The position numbers and the translations under genes are program-made. The notes below the pieces were generated by a model. That model saw only the letters and a list, made by a program, of their open reading frames with translations. It made no database searches and was not told the DNA's origin. Shown here one piece after another: positions 18,839 through 27,952 of a stretch of DNA of 64,000 nucleotides. This DNA comes from a virus. Taxonomy: Duplodnaviria > Caudoviricetes. Numbering within the stretch: position 1 is the stretch's first letter; each line of letters starts with the position of its first letter. Location: positions 128,001 through 192,000 of the IMG/VR virus record IMGVR_UViG_3300020469_000008, one strand, 5' to 3'.

Positions 18839-19825
18839 ATGGAAATAAGTAGGCTACAACTAAGCAATTTAATTTATGAAGCACTAGAAGGTAAAGAAGG
18901 TGAATGGTCGTACAACATAGTTTCAATAGGTGATTACAGTGACAAAGAAAATTTAAAACCTAAGGACATTAAAGACGTCCAGGTTAGAGTTGCTTCTGGT
19001 CCTAGTAACGTAGGTTATGAGTTTCCTTTGTCGGAAGTTGAAACTAATGAAGGTACAAAAGCATACGAGCAGCACCCGTTAATTTTGCAAGTAATCGAAG
19101 CGATTAAGAATAATGAAAATTTAGATAATGTAATAGTAAAAACTGCGAACCCAATTGTTGATGCATCAGGTGAAGTTTTCTTAACGGGCGAAGGATTTAT
19201 GGCAATTTCTCCTAAAAAACTTAGGGAAGCTCATCCAGCAATATCTAATGATTTGGCAGTTTATGCTTTGAGTAGCTTTAGACAACATCACAAATCAGGT
19301 AAAATTAAAAGCAAACATAAGATGATGATTGTGGATTACACAATTCCAGGTAATAAAGTTAGACTGTGGTGTTTGCAAGTGAAAAACGGAAAAGTTAAAG
19401 CTTCCATCGCAACTCCTGTAGCTCATGGTAAAGGAAACAGAGCAAAAGGAAGCGATTCTGTAACTAAATTTAGTAATTCACCCGGTACCAATGCTGCTTC
19501 TGTAGGGGCTTTTGTTACTACGAAAACTTATTACTCTAAAGCTGGATCACCTGAAAAATATCCAGGCGGTCGTCCATACAAAGGAATATCGTTAAGAATA
19601 GATGGGCTTGACAAGACAAACAACAACGATCTAGCTCGTGGCATCGTAATACACGGTGCATGGTATAGAGAAAAAGGTAAGACAGGCAGGAGTTGGGGTT
19701 GTCTAGCGACTTCAGCTGAAACAAATAAAAAAATTATTGACTTTGCAGGAATTGGTACTTTTGGATATAAATTTGGCGGAAGAACAAACGCTGCAAGCAT
19801 TAATACTAACTGGTTAAGCGTATAG
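18839..19825 (+). CDS. Murein L,D-transpeptidase (YkuD_2-like) with leader motif
   Basis: IVDYT.P...RLW, VAHGKG, FSNSPGTNAASVG, LRIDGLD..N, IVIHGAWY, GRSWGC; N-terminus MEISRLQLSNLIYE. Confidence 0.85.
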   Translation: MEISRLQLSNLIYEALEGKEGEWSYNIVSIGDYSDKENLKPKDIKDVQVRVASGPSNVGYEFPLSEVETNEGTKAYEQHPLILQVIEAIKNNENLDNVIVKTANPIVDASGEVFLTGEGFMAISPKKLREAHPAISNDLAVYALSSFRQHHKSGKIKSKHKMMIVDYTIPGNKVRLWCLQVKNGKVKASIATPVAHGKGNRAKGSDSVTKFSNSPGTNAASVGAFVTTKTYYSKAGSPEKYPGGRPYKGISLRIDGLDKTNNNDLARGIVIHGAWYREKGKTGRSWGCLATSAETNKKIIDFAGIGTFGYKFGGRTNAASINTNWLSV

Positions 19826-19833
19826 GTCATCAT

Positions 19834-20403
19834 ATGAGATTAACAAGAAAGAATTTAAGAAAATTAATTTTGCGTGAATTTAAGTTGACCGGTCAAGCGT
19901 TTGATGATTTAATCGGTAACACAGGCAGCGGTGAACCTCCTCCAACTAAACCACCTAAAAGAGGCGGTGGCTCCGGAGAAGGTTGGCCGACTTCGGTTGT
20001 TGAGAGGTTGATCAATGCTGAGTATGGTAGTTTAAGCAAGTGGACACAGGATCCTCGAAATAGTCGTGCTGCTGTTTATGATAATTCACAAATCAAACTT
20101 TATGCTAAAGCTGTTGATTCTCAAAATTCACTTGTTTGTACTTTAGTCAGAGGAAACAAAGTTTTAGATCGATATGTGTTTATTAGAAAATCAGGTGGCG
20201 CTAGCGGAATGTTGCCTCGCATGATGGAGATTACAAATAATATATGTGATATGACAGGTAGTGAAGCAGAAAGGAAAGCTAGCGAATATAAAGAGTATAA
20301 CAAGAGTTTGATAGACTTTATGACTCGAAGCGGACCGCCCTACAAGGGTGATGATTGTGCACCGCCCGAGGATGATGGAACTGGTTGGATTAGGAGATAT
20401 TAA
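19834..20403 (+). CDS. Leader-motif protein (Pro/Gly-linker subfamily)
   Basis: MRLTRKNLRKLILRE...PPPTKPPKRGGGSG. Confidence 0.75.
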   Translation: MRLTRKNLRKLILREFKLTGQAFDDLIGNTGSGEPPPTKPPKRGGGSGEGWPTSVVERLINAEYGSLSKWTQDPRNSRAAVYDNSQIKLYAKAVDSQNSLVCTLVRGNKVLDRYVFIRKSGGASGMLPRMMEITNNICDMTGSEAERKASEYKEYNKSLIDFMTRSGPPYKGDDCAPPEDDGTGWIRRY

Positions 20404-21035
20404 TGAAAATAACAAGAAAACAATTGCGTCAACTGATGCTTAGAGAATTTAAATTTACCGGCAATAACTTTGTTGATGACCTAGATTTGTTAGGTGGAGG
20501 ACCTCCTCCTGCAGAGTCTCAAGAACCTAGTGGCGGTGGCGGTGGCGGAAGAATTCATCAACTGGTGCGTATTGATTTTGAACCGGGTAATGAGTTTAAT
20601 CCTAGTTCATATAATAAAGTAGCTATTGATGTTAGCGCCGGTTCGACTTTTTCTAAGATGCGTGAGATTTATAATTTATTTTCTGATAACACAAAGAACA
20701 AGCTTTACCAGATGTTTCCAGGTGGTATCGATCCAGAAGACGGATATGTAGATGCCGATGGAGACTTTATCTTTGATCAAGATAAAATATGGGATTTTCG
20801 AAGCGAGTATTATAATTTGTTAAACACTATGGATGATGCGCTTCCAGAAGGGAGTGATTACGAGTATTTTACTATTTTTCATCCAAGTTACGCTAGTCAT
20901 GGTAGAAATTTTGCTGGTGCTAATGAGTTGGAAGCTATAGACTTATATCGAAGGGTGACGGGTTATACACCTGATGAGGACTTGCTTGGCGAGTATGAGA
21001 TTATTATGCACAGCGCTAGTTCGTTGTTTGGGTGA
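20403..21035 (+). CDS. Leader-motif protein (Pro/Gly-linker subfamily)
   Basis: MKITRKQLRQLMLRE...GGGPPP...SGGGGGG. Confidence 0.75.
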   Translation: MKITRKQLRQLMLREFKFTGNNFVDDLDLLGGGPPPAESQEPSGGGGGGRIHQLVRIDFEPGNEFNPSSYNKVAIDVSAGSTFSKMREIYNLFSDNTKNKLYQMFPGGIDPEDGYVDADGDFIFDQDKIWDFRSEYYNLLNTMDDALPEGSDYEYFTIFHPSYASHGRNFAGANELEAIDLYRRVTGYTPDEDLLGEYEIIMHSASSLFG

Positions 21036-21040
21036 AATAA

Positions 21041-21589
21041 ATGAAAATTACAAAAAAACAATTAAGACAATTAATAAGCGAAGCCGTTTCTCAAAATCAT
21101 CGACGACAGGAAGCGTTGTATGCTGTAGTATATACGTCTGGTTATCTTGATGCGTCTGATACAGCGATTGGTAATATCCTTAGAAATTACAAGGAGCTTT
21201 CCGGTCGTACTGATAGTTGGGTGCCTCTCGATGAAGCATTCGGCAACTTGAATGCTGTTATGATTGGTGGCGCTTCTGCGATAAAGAGAGAAAACCCGGG
21301 ACTCGATCTTACAGAGGAATTAGTTATTCTTCGAGAGGGCCAGGCTGCTGGCCAGGCAGATTTTCGAGAGAGCCCGTATAAATACATTGAACAAGTAGCT
21401 ACTCTTGTTAACGTGCAAACGCCAGTAGGTATGAGTGCTGCTGAAGGTTTAGGAATCTTTGGGGTTGCAGGAGGAGGTGTTTTACTTAGAGACACTGCCA
21501 TTGGGGACGTACAACTCTTGCTTAATTTAATGAATAATGATAATATTTTAAGTTGGTTAGATGAGTTAGAAAGCATGCAGTCCATCTAA
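21041..21589 (+). CDS. Leader-motif protein
   Basis: MKITKKQLRQLISE. Confidence 0.75.
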   Translation: MKITKKQLRQLISEAVSQNHRRQEALYAVVYTSGYLDASDTAIGNILRNYKELSGRTDSWVPLDEAFGNLNAVMIGGASAIKRENPGLDLTEELVILREGQAAGQADFRESPYKYIEQVATLVNVQTPVGMSAAEGLGIFGVAGGGVLLRDTAIGDVQLLLNLMNNDNILSWLDELESMQSI

Positions 21590-21605
21590 TACATGAGGTT
21601 AAAAA

Positions 21606-22373
21606 ATGAAAATAACAAGAAGACAATTAAGAAAACTTATAAACGAAGTCATGGTAGGCTATCCTGATGAGCGTGCACCATTCGATGCAACTGCTGCATT
21701 AAAAAGCGCGAAAAAGAAAATCTCAAAAGAGCCAGCGCTATCAGACATGTTTGATGACGATGACGATTACGACCAAAAAAGACAAGCTTATGCCTTAGGA
21801 TCAATGACTACAGATCTCACAGATGATGAAGAACTTGCTGCAGATATGGCGTCTGATGTCATTAGGGATACTGTTGACCCGGATGAATACGAAACATCCT
21901 ACAATTACAACCCTTTTGATGCGGTTCCTGGTTCTGAAGAGCTAGATCCGGATCAGCGTTTTTTCCATGAGGTAGACGATTATCAACCAATTGAGCAAGC
22001 GCTTCAAGGAACTGTCAAAGACATTATACCTGAATTGCAGATATCGAGGTTTGAAAAAAATAAAAGAGCATCTCAGGACAAGACAACTTATTACACACCG
22101 GATAAAAAATTCCAAATTTTAATGTCATTTCGTCCTGCTTACGAAGACATAGAAGATGGTGTTGATTACAGTACACCACCACAATATACAGTTGAAGTTA
22201 GAAAGTATATGCCTAAAGTCCAAAGATATGAGATGTATTCACCTGGTCCTGGTAGCTTTGACAAGTTTCGTGATGGAACTAAAGCCTTCTTTTCCACTAC
22301 CTCGACGACTGCTAGATTTGTACAGGTGTTAGATCACCTAAGAAGGTATCTTGAGGAGTTAAAATCATTATGA
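21606..22373 (+). CDS. Leader-motif protein
   Basis: MKITRRQLRKLINE; GAGG RBS. Confidence 0.75.
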   Translation: MKITRRQLRKLINEVMVGYPDERAPFDATAALKSAKKKISKEPALSDMFDDDDDYDQKRQAYALGSMTTDLTDDEELAADMASDVIRDTVDPDEYETSYNYNPFDAVPGSEELDPDQRFFHEVDDYQPIEQALQGTVKDIIPELQISRFEKNKRASQDKTTYYTPDKKFQILMSFRPAYEDIEDGVDYSTPPQYTVEVRKYMPKVQRYEMYSPGPGSFDKFRDGTKAFFSTTSTTARFVQVLDHLRRYLEELKSL

Positions 22374-23023
22374 AAATAACAAGAAGACAGTTAAGAAAAC
22401 TCATCAATGAAATGAGAATTGACACTAAAAATCCATTGGACTTTGTACCTGACGGGCCAATGAAGGACAATGTAATGGATCTAATAAACGATCCGGATAA
22501 AGACGTACAGCGCCAGGGGTATGAGCTAGCTTCTTTAATGCAAGAACCAATAGAGCTTGATGCTGGTGGTGGACAAAAGTACGAAGATATTGGCTACGAA
22601 GGCGAAGATTATTTAAAAGACCTCCGCGCGGGACTATTAAATCGTGAGCAAGTGATCAGTATTTTAGATAATCTATTCGACAAAAATAAAGACTTTGAAG
22701 TACTTTCCTTTCGAGAGGGAGCCGCCCCTTCTGGAAAATTTTCGGGTCAGTACAGGGAAGTATTAAGTGATGACTTTAGTAATCGTGCTGAACGCATAAA
22801 CATTAGTGTAGGTAGTCCGGGTAACAAGCCCGATTATGAAACAGGCGAATTTAGATCAGGGAAATCATTAACTTGGATAAATATTGAACAAGGACTTTAT
22901 TATGACTTTGTTGCAGCAATACGTGTTTCAGATCATGACGATGACAGCAAAGGTCACAAATTAAGAGACGTAATTAGCGCATACATGCTTGCAGTCAATA
23001 TCGTGAGTAAGCATTTAAAATGA
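22370..23023 (+). CDS. Leader-motif protein
   Basis: MKITRRQLRKLINE; ATGA overlap. Confidence 0.75.
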   Translation: MKITRRQLRKLINEMRIDTKNPLDFVPDGPMKDNVMDLINDPDKDVQRQGYELASLMQEPIELDAGGGQKYEDIGYEGEDYLKDLRAGLLNREQVISILDNLFDKNKDFEVLSFREGAAPSGKFSGQYREVLSDDFSNRAERINISVGSPGNKPDYETGEFRSGKSLTWINIEQGLYYDFVAAIRVSDHDDDSKGHKLRDVISAYMLAVNIVSKHLK

Positions 23024-23073
23024 AAATAACAAGAATATATAGAAATCCAATGGCAGCAATTCGGAGTTTTTAA
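23020..23073 (+). pseudogene. 17-codon deletion relic of a leader-motif gene
   Basis: MKITRIYRNPMAAIRSF*: leader start fused to a sequence resembling the C-terminus of 25477-25956 (IYRNPMSAILNF*). Confidence 0.75.
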
Positions 23074-23777
23074 TGAAAATAACAAGAAGACAATTAAGAA
23101 AATTAATAAGTGAGGCAATCAAACGTGTTCCTGTATTTGAACCTGTGTCGCGTGAAGAAGTTCGCAGTAAGCTAGCTCAAAAACGCGCACAGAGCCGAAG
23201 TGCTGCAGACATCGATCCAGCTATGTTAAGTAAGATTGGCGAGATGGAAGCCTTGGGAGACGCTGAATCTAACCAGGCGCGGTCCTTTGCGCAAGCACTA
23301 GGGTCGATGGCACCGGCAGAAGACGTCACCGATCAACAAGAAGATGAGTATGCTGATAAGATGCTCACGCAGCATATGGGATATTATCTTGGGCCAGGCG
23401 TGAAAAAAACAGAAACGCGACTTCTAAACAAAATGGCAAAAAGATTAAAAAGCTATAGGAAGGCTGGAAGCCCTATTGAGGTTTGGATCTCTGAAGGAGT
23501 TAACTACCCTAGAACTGCAATAATTCCACGTGAACCTGAAAGAGAAACAGTAGATAGTTTATTAAAAGCTTTAAAAAATCAAGTCTATTATATTCATAGT
23601 TATGGTTATGGCGATGCCCGAGATTACCTTGAACCCTTTTTTGATAATCAAATAGATGAATATGAAGAATTCTTGGACCAATTAAAGATTGGTGGTAGTC
23701 AACCGCCTGATTACTATGTTTTTGCAGCGTTGGTTTATTTTGTTGGTAAAGATAAAATCGTTATTAAAAGTATGTGA
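23073..23777 (+). CDS. Leader-motif protein
   Basis: MKITRRQLRKLISE; TAATG overlap. Confidence 0.75.
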   Translation: MKITRRQLRKLISEAIKRVPVFEPVSREEVRSKLAQKRAQSRSAADIDPAMLSKIGEMEALGDAESNQARSFAQALGSMAPAEDVTDQQEDEYADKMLTQHMGYYLGPGVKKTETRLLNKMAKRLKSYRKAGSPIEVWISEGVNYPRTAIIPREPERETVDSLLKALKNQVYYIHSYGYGDARDYLEPFFDNQIDEYEEFLDQLKIGGSQPPDYYVFAALVYFVGKDKIVIKSM

Positions 23778-23824
23778 AACTAAGAATGAAAATAATAACT
23801 CTTCTCGATATAATATATAGGTAA

Positions 23825-24161
23825 GGGCCCGTAATGGTTTCGACGGGGTAGAATCAAGGGGAGAGTGCAAGTAGGGAAGATACGCCCTTAACAGTTCAAA
23901 CATAATAGTTGCAAACAATAACAACTTTTACGACGTAGCTTTAGCTGCATAATCGTGGTGGTCGTCTCAAACCATCTAACCAAGAGAGGCTTTAGCAGTT
24001 GGAACTGCCGAGAAATAAAATGACAACAGTCCTCACTCGGTCACGGAGAGGCGAACAATACAGTGACTATCCTGTTAATCGGAGAAATGATTAGATAAGC
24101 TTGTGAATGACTCAAACTAAGACTATTGCGGACAGGGGTTCGACTCCCCTCGGGTCCACCA
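23825..24161 (+). ncRNA. ssrA: tmRNA (one-piece), tag (A)ANNNNFYDVALAA
   Basis: 5' GGGCCCG pairs with 3' CGGGTCC-A-CCA including the G3:U pair; TTCGAC after the 5' stem; T-arm GGTTCGACTCC; tag frame 23911-23952; TATAAT at 23809-14. Confidence 0.95.
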
Positions 24162-24175
24162 CTTTAGGATGTATT

Positions 24176-24436
24176 ATGGCAGACAAAAATGATAAATGGG
24201 AAGATAACGTAGGTGGGTTTAGAATAATTAACGGTAAGAAAGTTTCTTTCTATGTTGATCGAGAGTGTATACTTTGTTCAGTGTGTGAAGAGGTTGCACC
24301 TAACAATTTTAAAATGAATGACAATGATGATCATGATATATGTTACAAACAACCAGAAAACGAAGAGGAACTCGAAGAATGTTATGAGGCCTTAGATTCG
24401 TGTCCGGTAGAGGCTATTGGCGATGATGACATTTAA
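24176..24436 (+). CDS. Ferredoxin (single Fe-S cluster)
   Basis: CILCSVC...CPVEAI; start moved to ATG 24176 because the track start lies inside tmRNA. Confidence 0.9.
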   Translation: MADKNDKWEDNVGGFRIINGKKVSFYVDRECILCSVCEEVAPNNFKMNDNDDHDICYKQPENEEELEECYEALDSCPVEAIGDDDI

Positions 24437-24452
24437 TTTTTTCTTCACAGAT

Positions 24453-24496
24453 AACTCCTGCTAAATTTGATATATATTTATAGCAGGAGTTTTTTT
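24453..24496 (+). terminator. 11-bp hairpin plus T tract that also contains the downstream RBS
   Basis: AACTCCTGCTA-17 nt loop-TAGCAGGAGTT-TTTTT. Confidence 0.7.
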
Positions 24497-24928
24497 GTGT
24501 CTGGAATTGAATTCAAACAAGGTGATCAAGTTATTGTTGATAATTTTCTTGAACAAGGTGATAGGTTTAAACTTATAGCAAGTAATGTTTGTCAGGTTCT
24601 GGCAGTGGGTAAGTATGATTTAATAGTTAAGTCACATGAATCTTCTTACTATCCTCGAATATTTACAGTATCTAAGTTGGTGTGCAGAAGAATCTCAAAA
24701 AGCAAGTCAAAAGTCCAGGTTGACGTGACACTTCCAAAAATCAACGATTTAGTTGCAGGAATCACATCTGACTTGGGGAATAAAAATCAAGAAATGCATG
24801 TTGGTGTGTTAGAAGAAATTAGACACAACAACACTTCTTCAAAAACTGCAGTAGTTAGGGAAGGAAATAAACGCACAAACATATCCTTATCTAGTTTAAT
24901 TGTTTTGGAGCAAAAGAATGAAAAGTAA
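24497..24928 (+). CDS. Hypothetical protein with tandem SH3-like segments
   Basis: Start moved to GTG 24497, 7 nt after AGGAG; FKQGDQVIV and PKINDLVAG segments. Confidence 0.6.
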   Translation: MSGIEFKQGDQVIVDNFLEQGDRFKLIASNVCQVLAVGKYDLIVKSHESSYYPRIFTVSKLVCRRISKSKSKVQVDVTLPKINDLVAGITSDLGNKNQEMHVGVLEEIRHNNTSSKTAVVREGNKRTNISLSSLIVLEQKNEK

Positions 24929-25475
24929 AAAACTTTTATCAGAAGGTTTAAAGTACCACGTAGAAAATAATGTACCGCTTAATGAAAGCATTTACAGGCC
25001 TGGTTCTAAATCTTTTTTCGCTATGATCAACGAGGCAAGAACTGCATATGAAAATGGAGATCTCGCGTTAAACGAAGATGATTTCGATTTAATTAAAACA
25101 GATATAGGTCAATTGGCTGAGTACAAAGGAATGGTTGTTGCTTTAGACTTTCCAATATTAGAGATGTATACTCTTGACGAAGCAGAGTATCAAGGTAGAA
25201 AAGTTAAGCTTAACAAACCAAAAAGAAACAGTGGTAAAGGGGGTGGAAAATACGTTGTATACGTTAAGAACCCAAAAACCAAAAAGGTTAAGAAGCTGAC
25301 TTTTGGTTCTCGTGAAATGAGCGTTAAGCTTAAGGACCCTAAGCGCAGAAAATCTTTTGTTGCACGGCATAAATGCAAAGAGACAAAAGACAAGATGTCA
25401 AAAAGATATTGGGCATGTCGCATTGGCAGATATCCCCACCTTTTTGGTGGAAAGACTAGGTATACGTGGTGGTAA
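24918..25475 (+). CDS. Basic phage hypothetical protein
   Basis: MKSKKLLSE; KVKLNKP...YVVYVKNPKT..VKKLTFG...RRKSFVARHKC; ATG 24918 after GGAG. Confidence 0.65.
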   Translation: MKSKKLLSEGLKYHVENNVPLNESIYRPGSKSFFAMINEARTAYENGDLALNEDDFDLIKTDIGQLAEYKGMVVALDFPILEMYTLDEAEYQGRKVKLNKPKRNSGKGGGKYVVYVKNPKTKKVKKLTFGSREMSVKLKDPKRRKSFVARHKCKETKDKMSKRYWACRIGRYPHLFGGKTRYTWW

Positions 25476-25476
25476 C

Positions 25477-25956
25477 ATGAAAATAACAAGAAGACGATTA
25501 AGGAAGATGCTATTAAAAGAGTTTAGAGAAGATGGACGCTATGATGACTTTAACTTCGGCGCCGGCGTAGGCGGTGGCCAATTACCTCCAGTTAAGCCGC
25601 CTAGAAGAGGCGGCGGTGGAGGTGGTGGCGAGGAACCTAGAGACTACCGTGGTAGAAGTAATGATCCTTGCGGTTTTGGTAATCCGAAGGGTGACTACTA
25701 TTATGACTTAGTATTTAATTCTTTTGGTGTTTGGCTTGAATCTAATATGAGTGAAGGAAGTGCTAACGAGTATGATAACTATTTAGATTACTTAAAAAGT
25801 ATTGATTCTGAATTTACTATGGATTTACTTTCTGATAGATATATGGAGTTTTTTGAATTGCTTATGACAGCAATTGCTGAGTATGCATGTAAAAATAACA
25901 TTAGAGATATTGAATCCATATATAGAAACCCGATGTCCGCAATTTTAAATTTTTAA
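25477..25956 (+). CDS. Leader-motif protein (Pro/Gly-linker subfamily)
   Basis: Start moved to 25477: MKITRRRLRKMLLKE...LPPVKPPRRGGGGGGG. Confidence 0.75.
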   Translation: MKITRRRLRKMLLKEFREDGRYDDFNFGAGVGGGQLPPVKPPRRGGGGGGGEEPRDYRGRSNDPCGFGNPKGDYYYDLVFNSFGVWLESNMSEGSANEYDNYLDYLKSIDSEFTMDLLSDRYMEFFELLMTAIAEYACKNNIRDIESIYRNPMSAILNF

Positions 25957-26003
25957 AAATATTTGTAAATTTACAAAAACCATCTTTACTATTTAGGTGT
26001 CCC

Positions 26004-26453
26004 ATGAATAATAGAACAAACATAACTGCATCCGGAATTATAGTATTTAGAAATAAAAATAATCACCCAGAGATATTAGGATTAGTAGCGCTACCTAAAC
26101 ATAGAAAAAGAAGTAAAGGTAAGTATGACGTACCTAAAGGTAGAATTGATGATGGTGAAACACCAATCCAAGCTGCATACCGGGAATGTTATGAAGAGTG
26201 TGGTTTAGAACCTAAAATTATAAACATAAATGATCCTGTAATACATGGACCATTATGTTTATGGCTTGGGGAAGTGAATCCTGATGATGATGTTGAATTA
26301 ACTGCAAATCCTTATACCGGTGAATATGAGCATGAAGGCTACGAGTGGTTGACAGTAAAAAACATGAAAAGTAATTGTCTGAATTATCTTAGGCCTTTTA
26401 TAACAGAAACAGAAAAAGATATATGGGAACATTTTAAAATCTGGAGAAAATGA
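26004..26453 (+). CDS. NUDIX hydrolase
   Basis: PKGRIDDGETPIQAAYRECYEECGL Nudix box. Confidence 0.92.
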   Translation: MNNRTNITASGIIVFRNKNNHPEILGLVALPKHRKRSKGKYDVPKGRIDDGETPIQAAYRECYEECGLEPKIININDPVIHGPLCLWLGEVNPDDDVELTANPYTGEYEHEGYEWLTVKNMKSNCLNYLRPFITETEKDIWEHFKIWRK

Positions 26454-27295
26454 TGCATGTGACAGGTGACACGCCTTTGATACCTATTGGAAACGGTTTA
26501 ATTTGGGCAAAATTAGAAACGCATAACAGAACCGGTTCAGTTAAAGATAGAATGATAAACTACATTATGAATATTGCATTGCAATATAACAATGTTAAAC
26601 CGGGTGTAACTACCATAGTAGAAGCCACTAGTGGTAATACAGGAATATCATTAGCGTCATATGCATCATCAATCGACTGTCCCTGTAAGATTATTATGCC
26701 ACGAAATATGTCTGCACAAAGAAAAGATATGATGCGAGCATTTGGTGCAGAAATAATTGAAACTCCCGACAACGATTTCTTAGGTGCTATTGACATAAGG
26801 AATAGTATGATCGAAGAAACAGATGTATTTTCACCTATGCAATTCTCGAACCCGTTAAATATTGACTGTCACTACAATATCACAGCACCTGAAATATATG
26901 AACAATGTGTTGATTTGATGTTAGACTGGCGAACTTTTGTTCACGGATCTGGTACGGGTGGAACAATGATGGGAGTTAAAAAATATATCGATTTCGCCGG
27001 CTTAAATATAAAATGTGTTCTGACTCAACCAAAAGAAGACAATCTTACACACGGCATACAGGGGATTAACGATGGAGCTGACTTTTTACTGGACCGGTCA
27101 CTGATGGATGCAACGATATCTGTAAAAACAGAAGATGCTATAAAACGGATGAAACAGTTTTGGCAAGAGACGGGAATACTGGTAGGTATTAGTAGTGGTG
27201 CTAATATTTTAGCTGCTGAAAATTACTTAAAAACATTCAATCCGTCTGGTATAATTATAACAGTGCTGTGCGATCGCGGCGAGAGATATTTATGA
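26450..27295 (+). CDS. cysK: Cysteine synthase (PLP-dependent, CysK/CysM family)
   Basis: GDTPLI, TGSVKDR, EATSGNTG, GSGTGGT, HGIQGI, GISSGAN, LCDRGERY. Confidence 0.93.
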   Translation: MMHVTGDTPLIPIGNGLIWAKLETHNRTGSVKDRMINYIMNIALQYNNVKPGVTTIVEATSGNTGISLASYASSIDCPCKIIMPRNMSAQRKDMMRAFGAEIIETPDNDFLGAIDIRNSMIEETDVFSPMQFSNPLNIDCHYNITAPEIYEQCVDLMLDWRTFVHGSGTGGTMMGVKKYIDFAGLNIKCVLTQPKEDNLTHGIQGINDGADFLLDRSLMDATISVKTEDAIKRMKQFWQETGILVGISSGANILAAENYLKTFNPSGIIITVLCDRGERYL

Positions 27296-27942
27296 AACTA
27301 ACAAGAAGACAATTAAGAAAACTAATAAACGAAACAATCTTTGCAGGTGGGCCAACTGTTGACAGCCCTGACAAAAGCGTAGGGGTGACAGTTGACATGG
27401 GAAGACAAAACCCGCCGATATATCGACCCCAGAGTGACAGAGACGAAGAAATTAGAAGAACAGCAGATCCACGAATTGTCGATCTGTTAGATTCCGATTC
27501 TGAAGCGGACAAGCAAATGGCGAGGACATTAGCTAGCTCTATTGACGGGAAACCAGAGGCGTATGAGACTTTAACTCCGGAGGAGCGCGAAGCACAGGGT
27601 TTGTTTGATGAGTTTTACCCTGAAGATCCGTTTGACGAGCCACACGACATGTCAGGTGATATGGAAAGATCGTACGCTCCTGAGATACAACAGATAAGAA
27701 ATGCTATGAAGAAAAGAATCGAGGATGCTATGGACAAAGGTGCTAGTAGTTTTGACGATTTATATTCAGCTGCTTATACTACACCAGGTTATGATAACCT
27801 GAGAAGACATTTGATGAATTTACCTTTAAACCAAAGGCGGAACGCCAAAGGTGTTTATGGCGACAAACCCGAAGATGAATTAATGAACATGCCCGGTCAA
27901 TTAGTTGACATGTATCAGAAACATGATAGCGATCATTATTAA
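27292..27942 (+). CDS. Leader-motif protein
   Basis: Start moved to 27292: MKLTRRQLRKLINE. Confidence 0.75.
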   Translation: MKLTRRQLRKLINETIFAGGPTVDSPDKSVGVTVDMGRQNPPIYRPQSDRDEEIRRTADPRIVDLLDSDSEADKQMARTLASSIDGKPEAYETLTPEEREAQGLFDEFYPEDPFDEPHDMSGDMERSYAPEIQQIRNAMKKRIEDAMDKGASSFDDLYSAAYTTPGYDNLRRHLMNLPLNQRRNAKGVYGDKPEDELMNMPGQLVDMYQKHDSDHY

Positions 27943-27952
27943 AGAGGCTGAA

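Noticed and set aside
24107-24175. N-terminal extension of the ferredoxin ORF in the track
   Set aside because: It overlaps the tmRNA T-arm and acceptor stem; the true start is ATG 24176
23780-24200. Integrated element at tmRNA (att site)
   Set aside because: No duplicate of the tmRNA 3' end and no integrase found in the window
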